Origin: Candidatus Dadabacteria bacterium | GTDB lineage: Bacteria > Desulfobacterota_D > UBA1144 > Nemesobacterales > CSP1-2 | Direction: 5' to 3' | Assembly (NCBI GenBank): GCA_963805855.1 | Contig: CAWDVW010000002.1 | Span: forward strand, 320,001 to 384,000 | DNA length: 64,000 nucleotides | The notes under the pieces: generated by a model | Seen by the model: the letters and a program-made list of their open reading frames with translations, nothing else | Databases searched by the model: none | Told to the model about the DNA's origin: nothing | Made by a program: the position numbers and the translations under genes | In this document: positions 31,159 through 41,557 of the stretch, one piece after another | How the letters are laid out: every line of letters begins with the position of its first letter | Position numbering within the stretch: position 1 is the first letter of the stretch

Positions 31159-31276
31159 TTCTATTTTATTCTCGGAGATGGATCTTTGAAATTAAAGAAA
31201 ACAGCTAAAAAACCTCGGTTTTGAGATTTAACTGCTTTTTTGCTTGTTAGCCTTGCACTGCAGAATTTATAAATCC

Positions 31277-31345
31277 GTTTACATCTCTATTGAAGTTGTA
31301 AACAAAATCATATAAACTGTTTACATCTCAAGCTAAAATGTAAAC
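31277..31345. promoter_or_regulatory. Tandem palindromic operators upstream of fic
   Basis: GTTTACA-N13-TGTAAAC at 31277-31303 and 31319-31345. Confidence 0.75.
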
Positions 31346-31351
31346 GATTTC

Positions 31352-32491
31352 ATGAATACACTTATAATTGGAAAACTCAGACAAGAAAAAGCGGGCTATA
31401 AAGCGTTTGTACCCGAGCCATTTCCGCCTAAGAAAGGTTTTTCCTTTTCGTCAAAACTGATTTCAAAGGCCGCAACAGCGTCACTTTTATTAGGCAAGCT
31501 TGATGGTATTACTCAACTCCTACCGGATGTTGATTTATTTATCTTTATGTACCTAAGAAAGGACGCTGCTTCTTCTACTCAAATTGAAGGAACGAGAGCA
31601 ACCATGGTCGATGCTATTGAAGCAGAGGCCAAAACTTCGTACGATCTACCAGATGATGTAGATGATATTATTCACTATATACAAGCGTTGAATTATGGAA
31701 TGGAGCGTCTAAAAGACTTTCCTCTTACCCTCCGTTTCATAAGGGAATTGCAGAGAGAGCTTATGAAAGATGGCAGATCAACTCAGTTTGCTGATCCGGG
31801 AGAATTTAGAAAAACTCAGAATTGGGTTGGGGGGACTTCTCCCGTAAATGCACACTTTGTTCCACCACCCGTTTTCGAGATGAACAAAGCATTAAATGAC
31901 TTTGAAGAATTTTTACATTCTGATGACGATTATCTACCGCTTATTAAAGCTGCTTTAATTCACTCACAGTTTGAAACGATACACCCATTTCTCGATGCAA
32001 ACGGTCGAACCGGGAGACTTCTTATCACGATTTATCTATGGTTAAGCGGCCTATTGGAAAAACCTGTTCTGTATCTATCCTCATATCTTAAGAAGCATCA
32101 ACAAATCTATTATGAACGTTTAGACGGATACCGTGTTGGAAAAGTGGAGGAGTGGGTTAATTTCTTCTTAGATGGAGTGATTGAAACGGCCCAATCTGCG
32201 ATTGAGACAGTTAGACTGATCACGGTTTTGCGAGAAGAAGACATGGGGAAAATTCAGTCACTCGGTAAAACCGCTTCGGAAAGCGCAACTGCTATTTTGC
32301 CAAAGTTGTTTCAACTTCCAATTGTCAATGTAGCCGTAATTCAGGAATGGACCGGGTTTACTCGCCAGGGAGCCCAAAAAGTGATTGATAGATTTGTGGA
32401 TCTAGGAATATTAGAATTAAAGGATGAGAATAAAACTTACGGTCGGTCATTTATATATCGACGTTATGTTAATATTTACATAGATAAATAA
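31352..32491 (+). CDS. Fic family protein (class II) with probable C-terminal HTH
   Basis: HPFLDANGRTGR; inhibitory motif STQIEG. Confidence 0.92.
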   Translation: MNTLIIGKLRQEKAGYKAFVPEPFPPKKGFSFSSKLISKAATASLLLGKLDGITQLLPDVDLFIFMYLRKDAASSTQIEGTRATMVDAIEAEAKTSYDLPDDVDDIIHYIQALNYGMERLKDFPLTLRFIRELQRELMKDGRSTQFADPGEFRKTQNWVGGTSPVNAHFVPPPVFEMNKALNDFEEFLHSDDDYLPLIKAALIHSQFETIHPFLDANGRTGRLLITIYLWLSGLLEKPVLYLSSYLKKHQQIYYERLDGYRVGKVEEWVNFFLDGVIETAQSAIETVRLITVLREEDMGKIQSLGKTASESATAILPKLFQLPIVNVAVIQEWTGFTRQGAQKVIDRFVDLGILELKDENKTYGRSFIYRRYVNIYIDK

Positions 32492-33179
32492 TCACAAAAG
32501 AAGCATTTTCAGATGCTTGGAAAAAGGCAACCTTGAGAAGAATCTGTTTGAAAATTGATATTAGAGCAACTCCAGAGGGAAGACAAGAGTCATATAATGA
32601 AAAACGCTTTTAAAGGGTAGCGTTGTAGATGCTCAGTAATTATGTCCCTCTTTTCCAATAACGAAGAAATCTTAATTTAACAAATAGAGGAGCTGAACTT
32701 TTATCTCTAAAAACCATATAATAATTTATTTAATCAAATAATTGTGTGTCTAAGTAGTGTGTTATCTTAAATTTGTGATTTTCATTCTTGAATTAAGTGA
32801 TCTAAGAAACCTTTTTTTAACGAATAATGAATCACTTACTAATAAGTCGCAAAAAGTTACCGAATTAGTGAGCTAGTACAAGCGTCCCCTTTATTCTCCT
32901 AGAAAGTAGATATTTTATGGGATGTCAGTGAGGGAATAGCTGGCTTAAAAAGGAGATACAAATTATCTAAGTTTATTGAAGCATGTAGCTATCACGATTA
33001 CGTGCGGCCAACATAGGTTTGACCTTTAACACCCCCAATAAACCATTCTTTCTTAATATTTGCCACCATCAATCATCTATAAAAGGAAAATGCTTAAGCG
33101 TCTTTTTGAAGCATTTCTCTCTTATATCAAACAATACTTTTCTATAATATTTTTATCTTTTACGGTTTGAAGTTTTAAA

Positions 33180-34040
33180 TTAGGATAAATCCTTCCATCC
33201 TTTTACACTTGTAATTTTTTCATATTCTTCTTTACTAAGAACTTTCCAAGGCGACTGAGCAGAGTTAATAAATGACTTTCCTTTGAAGAATGCAAATTCC
33301 TTTTTTAGTCGAAATGCAACCGAAAATGATATGAAATCCTCGCACAACATGAATAAGTTTTGCCACACAGTATTCATAAAAGTCCTTATATCCTGGTCGT
33401 TTGAATACATTGGAACTTTCAAATGCTCTTTTCCGTTTTCTATGAATGAATAGACAGCGAAATGCTCAAAATTAATACCGCCATCTAAAAAGTGGTTTAT
33501 TTTGTCTCTAGCGTTTATTGTATCATCAAGCCAAACCTCATGCAGATTTATAGTATGAATTATTCCTTTTGAATTATTTCTATATTTCTTTGGCAAGTTG
33601 TTGGATAGTGCTTTTACTACATCTTTTCCTTTTGACCCAAACGTGTATATATTCCAAACCTTTCTTCCCAATATAGGAGTCAATATCTTGACAACATAGT
33701 CTAGAGAACTCTTAAGTTGAGTCAGAAATTCATCAAACTCGAAAAACAATGCTTGAGGGTAATCGAGATAAATTACGGCATCCTCTTTTCTTATCGGTTT
33801 CTCCTTCGCAGAAGCAATCAACTCATCTTCAATTTTTATATAGTCTTGATAGTGTCCCCACACTGCAGCCAGTTTCTTACAAACCAATAAAAGAATATAG
33901 AATATTTGCTGCTTTTCCTCATCGTTGAGATCAGTGAAGTCCATCAATCTCATTACGTTTAAGTGTAATCTCTGATTTAAGATCCCATTAGGTGTAGGAT
34001 CATCAAATAATTTGCTGACCCGTAATTTTGGACTTACCAT
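33180..34040 (-). CDS. AT-rich hypothetical protein, putative HEPN-domain RNase
   Basis: Helical; EFDEFL..LKSSLD followed by RDKINH (Rx4H). Confidence 0.5.
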   Translation of the reverse strand: MVSPKLRVSKLFDDPTPNGILNQRLHLNVMRLMDFTDLNDEEKQQIFYILLLVCKKLAAVWGHYQDYIKIEDELIASAKEKPIRKEDAVIYLDYPQALFFEFDEFLTQLKSSLDYVVKILTPILGRKVWNIYTFGSKGKDVVKALSNNLPKKYRNNSKGIIHTINLHEVWLDDTINARDKINHFLDGGINFEHFAVYSFIENGKEHLKVPMYSNDQDIRTFMNTVWQNLFMLCEDFISFSVAFRLKKEFAFFKGKSFINSAQSPWKVLSKEEYEKITSVKGWKDLS

Positions 34041-34243
34041 ACTTTGAAAACGTGAAGCGAATGATTGGTTTCTTGTTCCTTAAAATTATACCTTAGTAAT
34101 TGCTTTCCATCCTACTCGGATAATCGCCCTTTCCTTGTGGAGCTTAGCAAAAAGCAATGAGAGTCGCACGTTCACGGGCTGCTGTTGTCTAAACTCTAAA
34201 TTTAATTGCAAAGCAATGAATGGTCAGGAAGATCCTTTCTTCT

Positions 34244-34477
34244 TTATGAGCCTTTCCAATTTATTGAAGGCTTGATTTTATTCCGAGCACAGCTTCTCAG
34301 GTAGAGATTTATCAATTTTTGATAGGGAATATCTGTCTCTGCCGCAATCTTTTTAAAATATTCGATAGTTTCTGTTTCCAGACGAATCGTAATCTGTTTT
34401 TTGAGTTTTTTCGTATACGGGTTTTTTACGGATTTGGAAAAATCATATTCTTTTCTCATTTTATTTTTTCCCTTCAT
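34244..34477 (-). CDS. brnA: BrnA family antitoxin
   Basis: MRKEYDFS..KNPY..KKQITIRL..IEYFK..PYQKLINLYL. Confidence 0.88.
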   Translation of the reverse strand: MKGKNKMRKEYDFSKSVKNPYTKKLKKQITIRLETETIEYFKKIAAETDIPYQKLINLYLRSCARNKIKPSINWKGS

Positions 34478-34751
34478 ATAAATTTGTTTCGTTCTTTGTT
34501 GCTTTCCTGGCAGATATAATCCTTACGACTTTTTCTTTTTCCCCATAAATATGAACAACTACCAACATTCGAAGTTTGTCGCTTAAACCCAACAAAATGA
34601 AACGATCTTCCTCCAGAGAATGGTCTGGATCGACAATTAGTCTGGCGTTATCATCATAAAAAACACTTTCCGCCTCCTCAAAAGAAACTTTATGCTTTTT
34701 CTCATTCTTGCGATTCTTGTTATCGTCCCATTCGAATTTGATTCCGCTCAT
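34461..34751 (-). CDS. brnT: BrnT family toxin
   Basis: FEWD..KN..N.KKH.VSFEEA, HS..EDRF, RIISARKAT. Confidence 0.92.
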   Translation of the reverse strand: MSGIKFEWDDNKNRKNEKKHKVSFEEAESVFYDDNARLIVDPDHSLEEDRFILLGLSDKLRMLVVVHIYGEKEKVVRIISARKATKNETNLYEGKK

Positions 34752-34901
34752 AATTATATCATAATTATTTTAGCAATATGAAAGTGCCGGGTGCCCGGGA
34801 TGCAAGTTGGGGCAACAAAAACCGGGGGGGATGTCGACAATGTATATCCGGCTGCGAGGTTTGTGCAACATGCCGTTGAGACTTAAAGAAAGCGTAAGAC
34901 G

Positions 34902-35141
34902 CTAAATTTTAAAATCTCTCTGAGCGTCTTCAGGGGTTATTTGAATCAACTCTGGTGGACCGCCGCCATGTCCGTCTGCATATGGAAAGTATTCTTTCCA
35001 GAAAGTATTGGTAATTGGACACTGGTACAATGTTTCCCAATTGTCAAAATTGACCACGATTTCCTTAAGGTGGGATCTGGCATAACTCTTCGCTTCAGCG
35101 CCGTGGATAAATTTTATGTCCTTACATTTACACTCATTCAT
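34902..35141 (-). CDS. Imm27-like immunity protein
   Basis: WETLYQCP...FW...GGGPPEL; start overlaps the toxin stop (ATGA). Confidence 0.7.
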   Translation of the reverse strand: MNECKCKDIKFIHGAEAKSYARSHLKEIVVNFDNWETLYQCPITNTFWKEYFPYADGHGGGPPELIQITPEDAQRDFKI

Positions 35142-36742
35142 GGTACCACTCTAATAGTGAGATTCTTAGTCTCCGCACGCCGTAGGTTGGGCACTACAAA
35201 CTCTCTTGCTCCCCCTTTAGTCAATCCTCGTCCAACGAAACCAGGATTCTTCCGAAGGATTGGTGAAGCAATACCAGTCGGTGTCTCGAATTCGAAAATT
35301 GCAAATGGCCCTGGAACTAAATTTCCAGACTCATCAATTAACGTCAAGCGTTTAGCAAGATCCGTCGAGTTAGTTATATCTGCAATGTCATCGGCTGCTG
35401 TCACAAATACGTCATATACACCAGGACGGCCAAGTGTTGGTGCATTTGTATATTTAATGTCAACTACACGGGCGACTCTTGATGGTACGGGATTGTTAAT
35501 TCTAGTTTTAGTTAGGAGGGCCTTACCCAAACTCTTTGACATAACCGCGGTCTCAAGTGCTATCGGTCCGGGAATGGCACCTGATAATATTGCTCTTGGG
35601 TCTACCGGTAAGACAATATCAAGTAGAAAATCCGGAACGAAATCGAGTTTGTTACGTATACGATTATTACGTTCTATCTGCCCTCCAAAATCGACTACCT
35701 GCGCCCCATCGGGATCTACATATTTCAAAGGATTGTTCTGTACATACGCATACCGATTCCAGCTCTGGGGATCGGATGGGTCAGCTCCGGCGGGATCAAC
35801 GGACATGAATCGCCCAATGTCTGGGTTGTGGTATCTAGCTCCGTAGTAATAAAGCCCAGTTGCAGCCTCTAGTTCTTTCGCAGTGTATTGATGTGTGTTT
35901 TCTGTAGCCCCGGCTCCTGTGAAAGTCCCTCCATAAGGCAGATACATCCTGTCCCACACCTTCGTTGTCTCCTGATCCGTCAAACCAATCGTTGACCCAA
36001 GGTGATCGGGGTGATAAAAGGTCTTACTCACAGGAGCACCGGCGCCGTCAAAGTTTATCCGCGCTATATTCCTGCTTCCCGCATATATGTAATCAAACTT
36101 CGGAACCCCCGCCCCGCTCAATTCGGTCAGAACATTCAGCCCCACTCCATATGCAAAGATTGTGGTCTCCCCATTTATCGTCTGGCTTATCCTTCTGCCG
36201 TCTCCATCATAGCCGTAGGTGATTACATCGGCTCCATTCGTTACCTCTGTAAGCCTGTTCTCTGAATCGTATGTGTACGTGAATGTTCCATCACCTATTA
36301 TGTTTCCGTTCGCGTCGTATGAAAATCCGCCGAGACGATTGTCAGACGTCCCGTACGTGTAGCTTATGTTCTGACCGTTTATGTCCTTGCTCGTCCGGTT
36401 TCCCATTGAATCATATGTGAAAGCTCCGGCCCCCCAGGGCCCGTCTGCCACAGTTAATCTATCCAGGCTGTCATACTGCATGGAGCAGTTATTCTGTGGA
36501 TCCATGTAGTCGGTAATGCTGTCAACATTGCCGACTCCATCGTAGAAGTACTCGAGGTCTATGAATGGTATTGGTGTGAACTGGGCATAGGCATTCGATG
36601 CAAAGAGCACCGAAATAAGGATTAATATCAAGGAATCAATACAGGATGACATCCGACCTAACATTGAATTGCCCTTTGACCTCCTATCGCCCCATGTTTT
36701 TTTCAGATGGTTCGCGTCATGCTCGATATTAAACAACTGCAC
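35138..36742 (-). CDS. Short Rhs/YD-repeat protein with C-terminal toxin domain (Ntox10-like)
   Basis: YD repeats, YHPDHLGS, GLYYYGARY, GRFMSVDP, NPLKYVDPDG; C-terminus GFVG.GLTKGGAREFVVPN. Confidence 0.88.
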   Translation of the reverse strand: MQLFNIEHDANHLKKTWGDRRSKGNSMLGRMSSCIDSLILILISVLFASNAYAQFTPIPFIDLEYFYDGVGNVDSITDYMDPQNNCSMQYDSLDRLTVADGPWGAGAFTYDSMGNRTSKDINGQNISYTYGTSDNRLGGFSYDANGNIIGDGTFTYTYDSENRLTEVTNGADVITYGYDGDGRRISQTINGETTIFAYGVGLNVLTELSGAGVPKFDYIYAGSRNIARINFDGAGAPVSKTFYHPDHLGSTIGLTDQETTKVWDRMYLPYGGTFTGAGATENTHQYTAKELEAATGLYYYGARYHNPDIGRFMSVDPAGADPSDPQSWNRYAYVQNNPLKYVDPDGAQVVDFGGQIERNNRIRNKLDFVPDFLLDIVLPVDPRAILSGAIPGPIALETAVMSKSLGKALLTKTRINNPVPSRVARVVDIKYTNAPTLGRPGVYDVFVTAADDIADITNSTDLAKRLTLIDESGNLVPGPFAIFEFETPTGIASPILRKNPGFVGRGLTKGGAREFVVPNLRRAETKNLTIRVVP

Positions 36743-36816
36743 TAATATCTCCTTTTCTATACCACTAAGTATACGCCCAATTCTATCGTGAGTGTTTAAG
36801 TAAATTTATTCTTTAC

Positions 36817-37058
36817 TTCTTTGGCTTGATACAAAGAAGCAAAAATCAAGGGCTGACAAAAAACGCTTGCGTATCGAGCGAATGCGAGATATCTATTGCT
36901 ATAATTAATTAGTTCTCTCAGTCACTTTGTTCCTTCGAGATGACAGTAATGATTGTCACTTTTTTTAACGCTTCCGGAATTGATTTTGGCAATTTTTTGA
37001 ATGCCCATTTAAAATCTAAGATGCTGCCCCCAAATTATGTAACATCTACAGCAATGAC
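36817..37058 (+). repeat. ~242-bp non-coding dispersed repeat (MITE-like), copy 1
   Basis: Near-identical to 47357-47598. Confidence 0.9.
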
Positions 37059-37173
37059 GGAATGGGAAAACTGGATTCCCGCTAAAACCTGTACTCGAAT
37101 GTCTTGATCGGGTAATCCGCGGGAATGACAGGATGGGCTAGGTTCGTAATGAAGGCAGGAAGTTTTCCCAAAC

Positions 37174-38481
37174 CTATTTTTCCGGTGGTGTGGACTGCTT
37201 CGGTCTCACCAGGAACTTTAGCTGTACGATATCCCTGGGAAGGAACATGTCGAAGAACCAGTCAATGGCAACCCTGAATTTCCTATCCCAACCCGGTATC
37301 TTCGAAAGGTAGATCGATCGCCACATAAACCATGCTACAAACCCGGAGAACTTTAACCCCAATATTTCGGCTACTGCCGACCTGTGACCAAGCGGCGCAA
37401 GCATTCCCATGGCCTTGTATTTAAAAGGCTTCCTGCCCTTTTCTTTCCCCTTAATAGCCGCAGCAATATTTAAAGCCACGCGTTTGCCCTCACGAGTCGC
37501 GTGCTGTGCGGTGGGGGGATACGGTTTACCGGTCTGCGGGTCGGGTATCTGTGCGCAGTCACCGAGAGCCCAAACACCCGGGAAGTTAGGTACCTCCATG
37601 TATGCGTTGACTTCTATCCTTCCCCTCTCGTTAGCGCAGGGGAGTTTTCCAACAGCAGGCTGGGATGCCGTTCCAGCAGCCCAGATCGGGGTTTTTGTCT
37701 CCACAAAATTACCATCCTCAAATTCAACCCTGTCGGGCGTAACCGCCTTGACCCTGGTTTGCAATAAAAATTCCATCCCCCTTTTTCGGAGTAAGTTAAG
37801 GCCATAATCTGCCAACCCCTCGCTCATCTCGTGCATGATCCGAGTCCCTGGATCCACCACCAATACCTTGACTTCATCAGGACGAATAGTTCTGTAGAAC
37901 CTTTGACTCGATTCCACAAAATCATTGAGCTCGGCTGCTACTTCGATCCCGGTATATCCCCCACCAACAACCACGAATGTCAAAAGCTTACGTCGCAACT
38001 CAGTATCTTTCTCCAGATCAGCATATTCAAACATATCGATAACGTGGCTTCTAAGAATCATAGCATCGGAAAGACTCTTTAGTGGGAATGAATACTCTTC
38101 CGCTCCGGGAGCCCCATGATAACCCGTCGCGGAGCCCAAGGCTATAATAAGATAATCATAAGCAATCTCAAACAACTCGCCGGAACGATGATGAAATCCC
38201 GTTACCGTTTTTTTCTCCAAGTCTATGTTCTGTATCTCGAGTTCTTTGAAAGATGCTTTCTCAAGGCATTCTCGTATGGGTATTACTACGTGTTTGGCAT
38301 CAATACTGCTTGCAACAACCTCTGCAAGCATCGAAGCAAAAACCAGGTAATTATTATCATTAATCAGCGTTATCTCAACATCGTCGTCATCAGAGAAAGT
38401 CTTCTCAAGCTGCTGAGCAGCGTCAAGCCCCGCAAAGCCGCCCCCTAATATAAGGATTCTTTTGGATCCATTGTCGGTCAT
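37174..38481 (-). CDS. ndh: Type II NADH:quinone oxidoreductase
   Basis: ILGGGFAG, VVGGGYTGIE, WALGDCA, PPTAQHA. Confidence 0.9.
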   Translation of the reverse strand: MTDNGSKRILILGGGFAGLDAAQQLEKTFSDDDDVEITLINDNNYLVFASMLAEVVASSIDAKHVVIPIRECLEKASFKELEIQNIDLEKKTVTGFHHRSGELFEIAYDYLIIALGSATGYHGAPGAEEYSFPLKSLSDAMILRSHVIDMFEYADLEKDTELRRKLLTFVVVGGGYTGIEVAAELNDFVESSQRFYRTIRPDEVKVLVVDPGTRIMHEMSEGLADYGLNLLRKRGMEFLLQTRVKAVTPDRVEFEDGNFVETKTPIWAAGTASQPAVGKLPCANERGRIEVNAYMEVPNFPGVWALGDCAQIPDPQTGKPYPPTAQHATREGKRVALNIAAAIKGKEKGRKPFKYKAMGMLAPLGHRSAVAEILGLKFSGFVAWFMWRSIYLSKIPGWDRKFRVAIDWFFDMFLPRDIVQLKFLVRPKQSTPPEK

Positions 38482-39056
38482 TTAAAATCCCCCTCATTTG
38501 TCTATGATTCAAACCGGAAGCCGCAATTACTAACTGAATTTTCGGTAAAAGCGAAAAAGTTTTAATCTCATTCTTCCATGAATCGAGTATGTTTGTCAAT
38601 AATAAGGACCATGGTATTGCAGTTGGTATGATTTCCCCCGGAAGAGGGATATCAGCACATAAGCAAACAGTCTATACTAGGTCGTTACGAGGAGGCAAAC
38701 GACGAAGCAATCTCCCGCTCCATCGGCAGAGTGTTTCGTTATGAATGGTGTCATAGCATTAAAGTAGCAGATTGCTTCGGGATAAAACTCCTCACAATGA
38801 CGGAATTGGGAAGCCATTGACGCTGGTTGTCTCATTGGCCTTCCAACAATCGCGTCAAGAAAATGACAATAACTATCGTCATCTAGCCTTTGCTCGATAT
38901 GACAGGGTTTGGACAGCCTTGTCCTGAACTAAGTCGAATGAGACGAGGAAGCACTAAAATTCACGCTTAGCTCGCGAAGTGTCCATTCAGCGAGAATATG
39001 ATCATAATGATTATGATAATCGTCTAGCAGGCTACAGAGAATAACGAAGCCAACAA

Positions 39057-40577
39057 CTAATCTCCAACATTTAAGCCGATGAACAATGTGTTTCCTCCCC
39101 TATTAACTAGAAAGAGAGCAGAACCACCCTCTTTAACCTCATCCATCGCACTCCGATAATCATCCAAAGTTTTAATCGACTTTTTGTTAATTTCTAAAAT
39201 TACATCCCCGGGCCGAAGACCCGCTTCTGCGGCTACGCTACCAGCCTCAACATTTGTGATAACGACGCCCGTACTCTCTCCGAGATTAAATTGCGAAGCG
39301 ATTCGGGGAGTGATTTCATTCGCTGTTATCCCCATTTCCTCTTTGATTTCTTCCTCCTTAGATTCCGAAACGTTTTCTGGTAGTTTTCCCAGAGTGACCT
39401 TAAAATCGCTTTCCTTACCGTTCCTCAAAACCTTTACATCTGCTTCTGATCCAGGGGCCAATTGAGCAACCATACTGGTCAGTTCAGTAAGCTCATCAAC
39501 CTTAGTACCATTAAGATCCACGATAATATCACCTCTTTTGATACCCGCCTTATCGGCAGGACCACCCGGTGTTACATCCGAAACCAATATCCCCTTTACA
39601 TCCTTTAACCCTAATCCTTCTGCAATTTCAGGGGTTATCTGCTGAATCAAAACGCCCAGCCATCCGCGAACGACTGTTCCAGTCTCCTTCAATTGATCAA
39701 TAACAGATTTTGCCAGATTAATGGGAATCGCAAACCCTATCCCTTGCCCGCTATAAACTATAGCCGTGTTCACACCCACAACGTCTCCCTCCAGATTAAA
39801 TAAAGGTCCTCCGCTATTTCCGGGATTGATAGGGGCATCCGTTTGGATAAAATCGTCATAGCTTCCCATTCCAAGAACTCTACCCTCAGCACTTACGATA
39901 CCTGCTGTGACTGTGTGACCCAGACCAAACGGGTTACCTATTGCTATCACCCAGTCACCTATACGCAACTTTTCTGAATCTCCAAATGTTACGGCCTGCA
40001 ACTTCTTTTTGGGCTCTATTTTGATAAGCGCAAGATCCGTTTTTGGATCCTTACCAATAATTTCGGCCTTGTATTTTTCTCCATTTTCAAAAATGACTTC
40101 TATATCATCGGCTTTTTCAACCACATGGTTGTTGGTAACAACGTAACCATCCTCGCTTATAATGAAGCCTGAACCAAGTCCCTTTTGTTTAAATTCCCTC
40201 TGAGGCATTTGGCCGAAAAATTTTTCAAAAAATTCACCAAAGGGGTCATCCTTTCCAAAGGGCGACTTCCCAAAGGGTGAAGGATGCCGTCCCCCGCCCC
40301 GTACTGTGCCAGTAGTGCTTATATTGACAACAGATGGCTTTAGTTTTTCAACCAGGTCCGCAAAAGAAGGAAGCTCTTCAACCCTGACCATATCAGCCTG
40401 ACTTTTGGATTCTACACCCTTTGGTTGTTGTTCCTCATTCTTACCGCCTTCTAGGTTTACCGATTCCTGAACCTCGCTCTTCTGAGTTGATTTTTCTCTG
40501 TCAACCTTCTCACATCCCGAGAATATCATCATGACAAATAATGGAACAATTAGTCCAAACATTAATATCCGGGTCAT
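39057..40577 (-). CDS. degP: HtrA/DegP-DegQ serine protease with two PDZ domains
   Basis: TNNHVV, DLAL, INPGNSGGP, two PDZ domains. Confidence 0.93.
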   Translation of the reverse strand: MTRILMFGLIVPLFVMMIFSGCEKVDREKSTQKSEVQESVNLEGGKNEEQQPKGVESKSQADMVRVEELPSFADLVEKLKPSVVNISTTGTVRGGGRHPSPFGKSPFGKDDPFGEFFEKFFGQMPQREFKQKGLGSGFIISEDGYVVTNNHVVEKADDIEVIFENGEKYKAEIIGKDPKTDLALIKIEPKKKLQAVTFGDSEKLRIGDWVIAIGNPFGLGHTVTAGIVSAEGRVLGMGSYDDFIQTDAPINPGNSGGPLFNLEGDVVGVNTAIVYSGQGIGFAIPINLAKSVIDQLKETGTVVRGWLGVLIQQITPEIAEGLGLKDVKGILVSDVTPGGPADKAGIKRGDIIVDLNGTKVDELTELTSMVAQLAPGSEADVKVLRNGKESDFKVTLGKLPENVSESKEEEIKEEMGITANEITPRIASQFNLGESTGVVITNVEAGSVAAEAGLRPGDVILEINKKSIKTLDDYRSAMDEVKEGGSALFLVNRGGNTLFIGLNVGD

Positions 40578-40695
40578 TAAAACTCCCTCCTTAAATCTCT
40601 GAATTAAGAATAATATAGTGTTAAAAACTGATTAGGCAAGTAAATCATGCCTTTTGCCATACAGGTCACACTCGATCAATAATTCAATAAGCATC

Positions 40696-41532
40696 TTATT
40701 TGAAGAACAGCAATATACCTAGCGGAATAAGGTTCAATGACCAGTGTGAAATCACAGAGGGCCATATAGAATGCGACCGAATCGTCATATAAGCGATCGC
40801 AATCCCGCCTGGAAGAGAAAGCATAAGCTCGAGATCGTTCTTACCGAGGTGAATCATTCTAAAGACAGCTCCAGATGCCACAATGGCAAACAGGGAAACC
40901 CAGGTGAGACCAAACCAGTCGAGGATACGATTGCTACCGGCATTCGCCGACCTCTGCGCCAACCCAAACCATCGGAGACCCTTTTCAATAAAATTCCCCT
41001 CAACCGGTTCAAAACTTATATCACTCGGCAAGCGCCGCCCCGGGAGCATCAAAGCTGTGCAGACCCCCGTCACCAGAAAATGCTCAGGAATCATGGATAG
41101 TAGAGTCATTATGTACTCCGGGCTGAGAGGGTTTTGACCGGTATCGTAATTTTTGCTGTTCAGTAGTACTATACCAAAGGGTATAGAAACCGCTATTCCT
41201 AATATTATCATCCTCAAGCCAAGGGTATTGGGCATTCCCATCCCAACATCAGTTAATTTTAGCCCCCTCAGATACAGGAGTGATGCAGGAACAATCATGC
41301 CCAAGACCACCCAAACCACTAGCCATAACGCGACTATCTGATCGTTCTCGTTCCATAATGTAAGAACGTGATCCACCCACCACGGCTTTAAGAATGCGCT
41401 CACTCCCCAAAAAGACCAAACAAAAACCAGTATGACGAAAAGAATCAGGAATGTGGTTAGCCAGCCGAGAAATGTATGCCCGACCCTGCCCCCAGTAATA
41501 TCCCTTTTGCAAGATTTTAAACCCTTTTTCAA
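40696..41532 (-). CDS. CPBP/Abi-family intramembrane protease-like protein
   Basis: Multi-TM; F..IH and SIWP...SHWSLN motifs; first motif reads PEH rather than EE. Confidence 0.6.
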   Translation of the reverse strand: MKKGLKSCKRDITGGRVGHTFLGWLTTFLILFVILVFVWSFWGVSAFLKPWWVDHVLTLWNENDQIVALWLVVWVVLGMIVPASLLYLRGLKLTDVGMGMPNTLGLRMIILGIAVSIPFGIVLLNSKNYDTGQNPLSPEYIMTLLSMIPEHFLVTGVCTALMLPGRRLPSDISFEPVEGNFIEKGLRWFGLAQRSANAGSNRILDWFGLTWVSLFAIVASGAVFRMIHLGKNDLELMLSLPGGIAIAYMTIRSHSIWPSVISHWSLNLIPLGILLFFK

Positions 41533-41557
41533 TTTTATGTGTCTACTTGTGGACTTA

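Noticed and set aside
32500-32660. Possible REP-associated transposase C-terminal remnant
   Set aside because: Too short and degenerate; no HUH or catalytic Tyr motif visible.
32500-34900. Integron attC sites between toxin-like cassettes
   Set aside because: No convincing RYYYAAC...GTTRRRY pairs with internal dyad symmetry found by eye, and no integrase.
34941-35846. 301-aa plus-strand ORF
   Set aside because: Antisense shadow of the rhs toxin/immunity genes, with no recognisable motifs.
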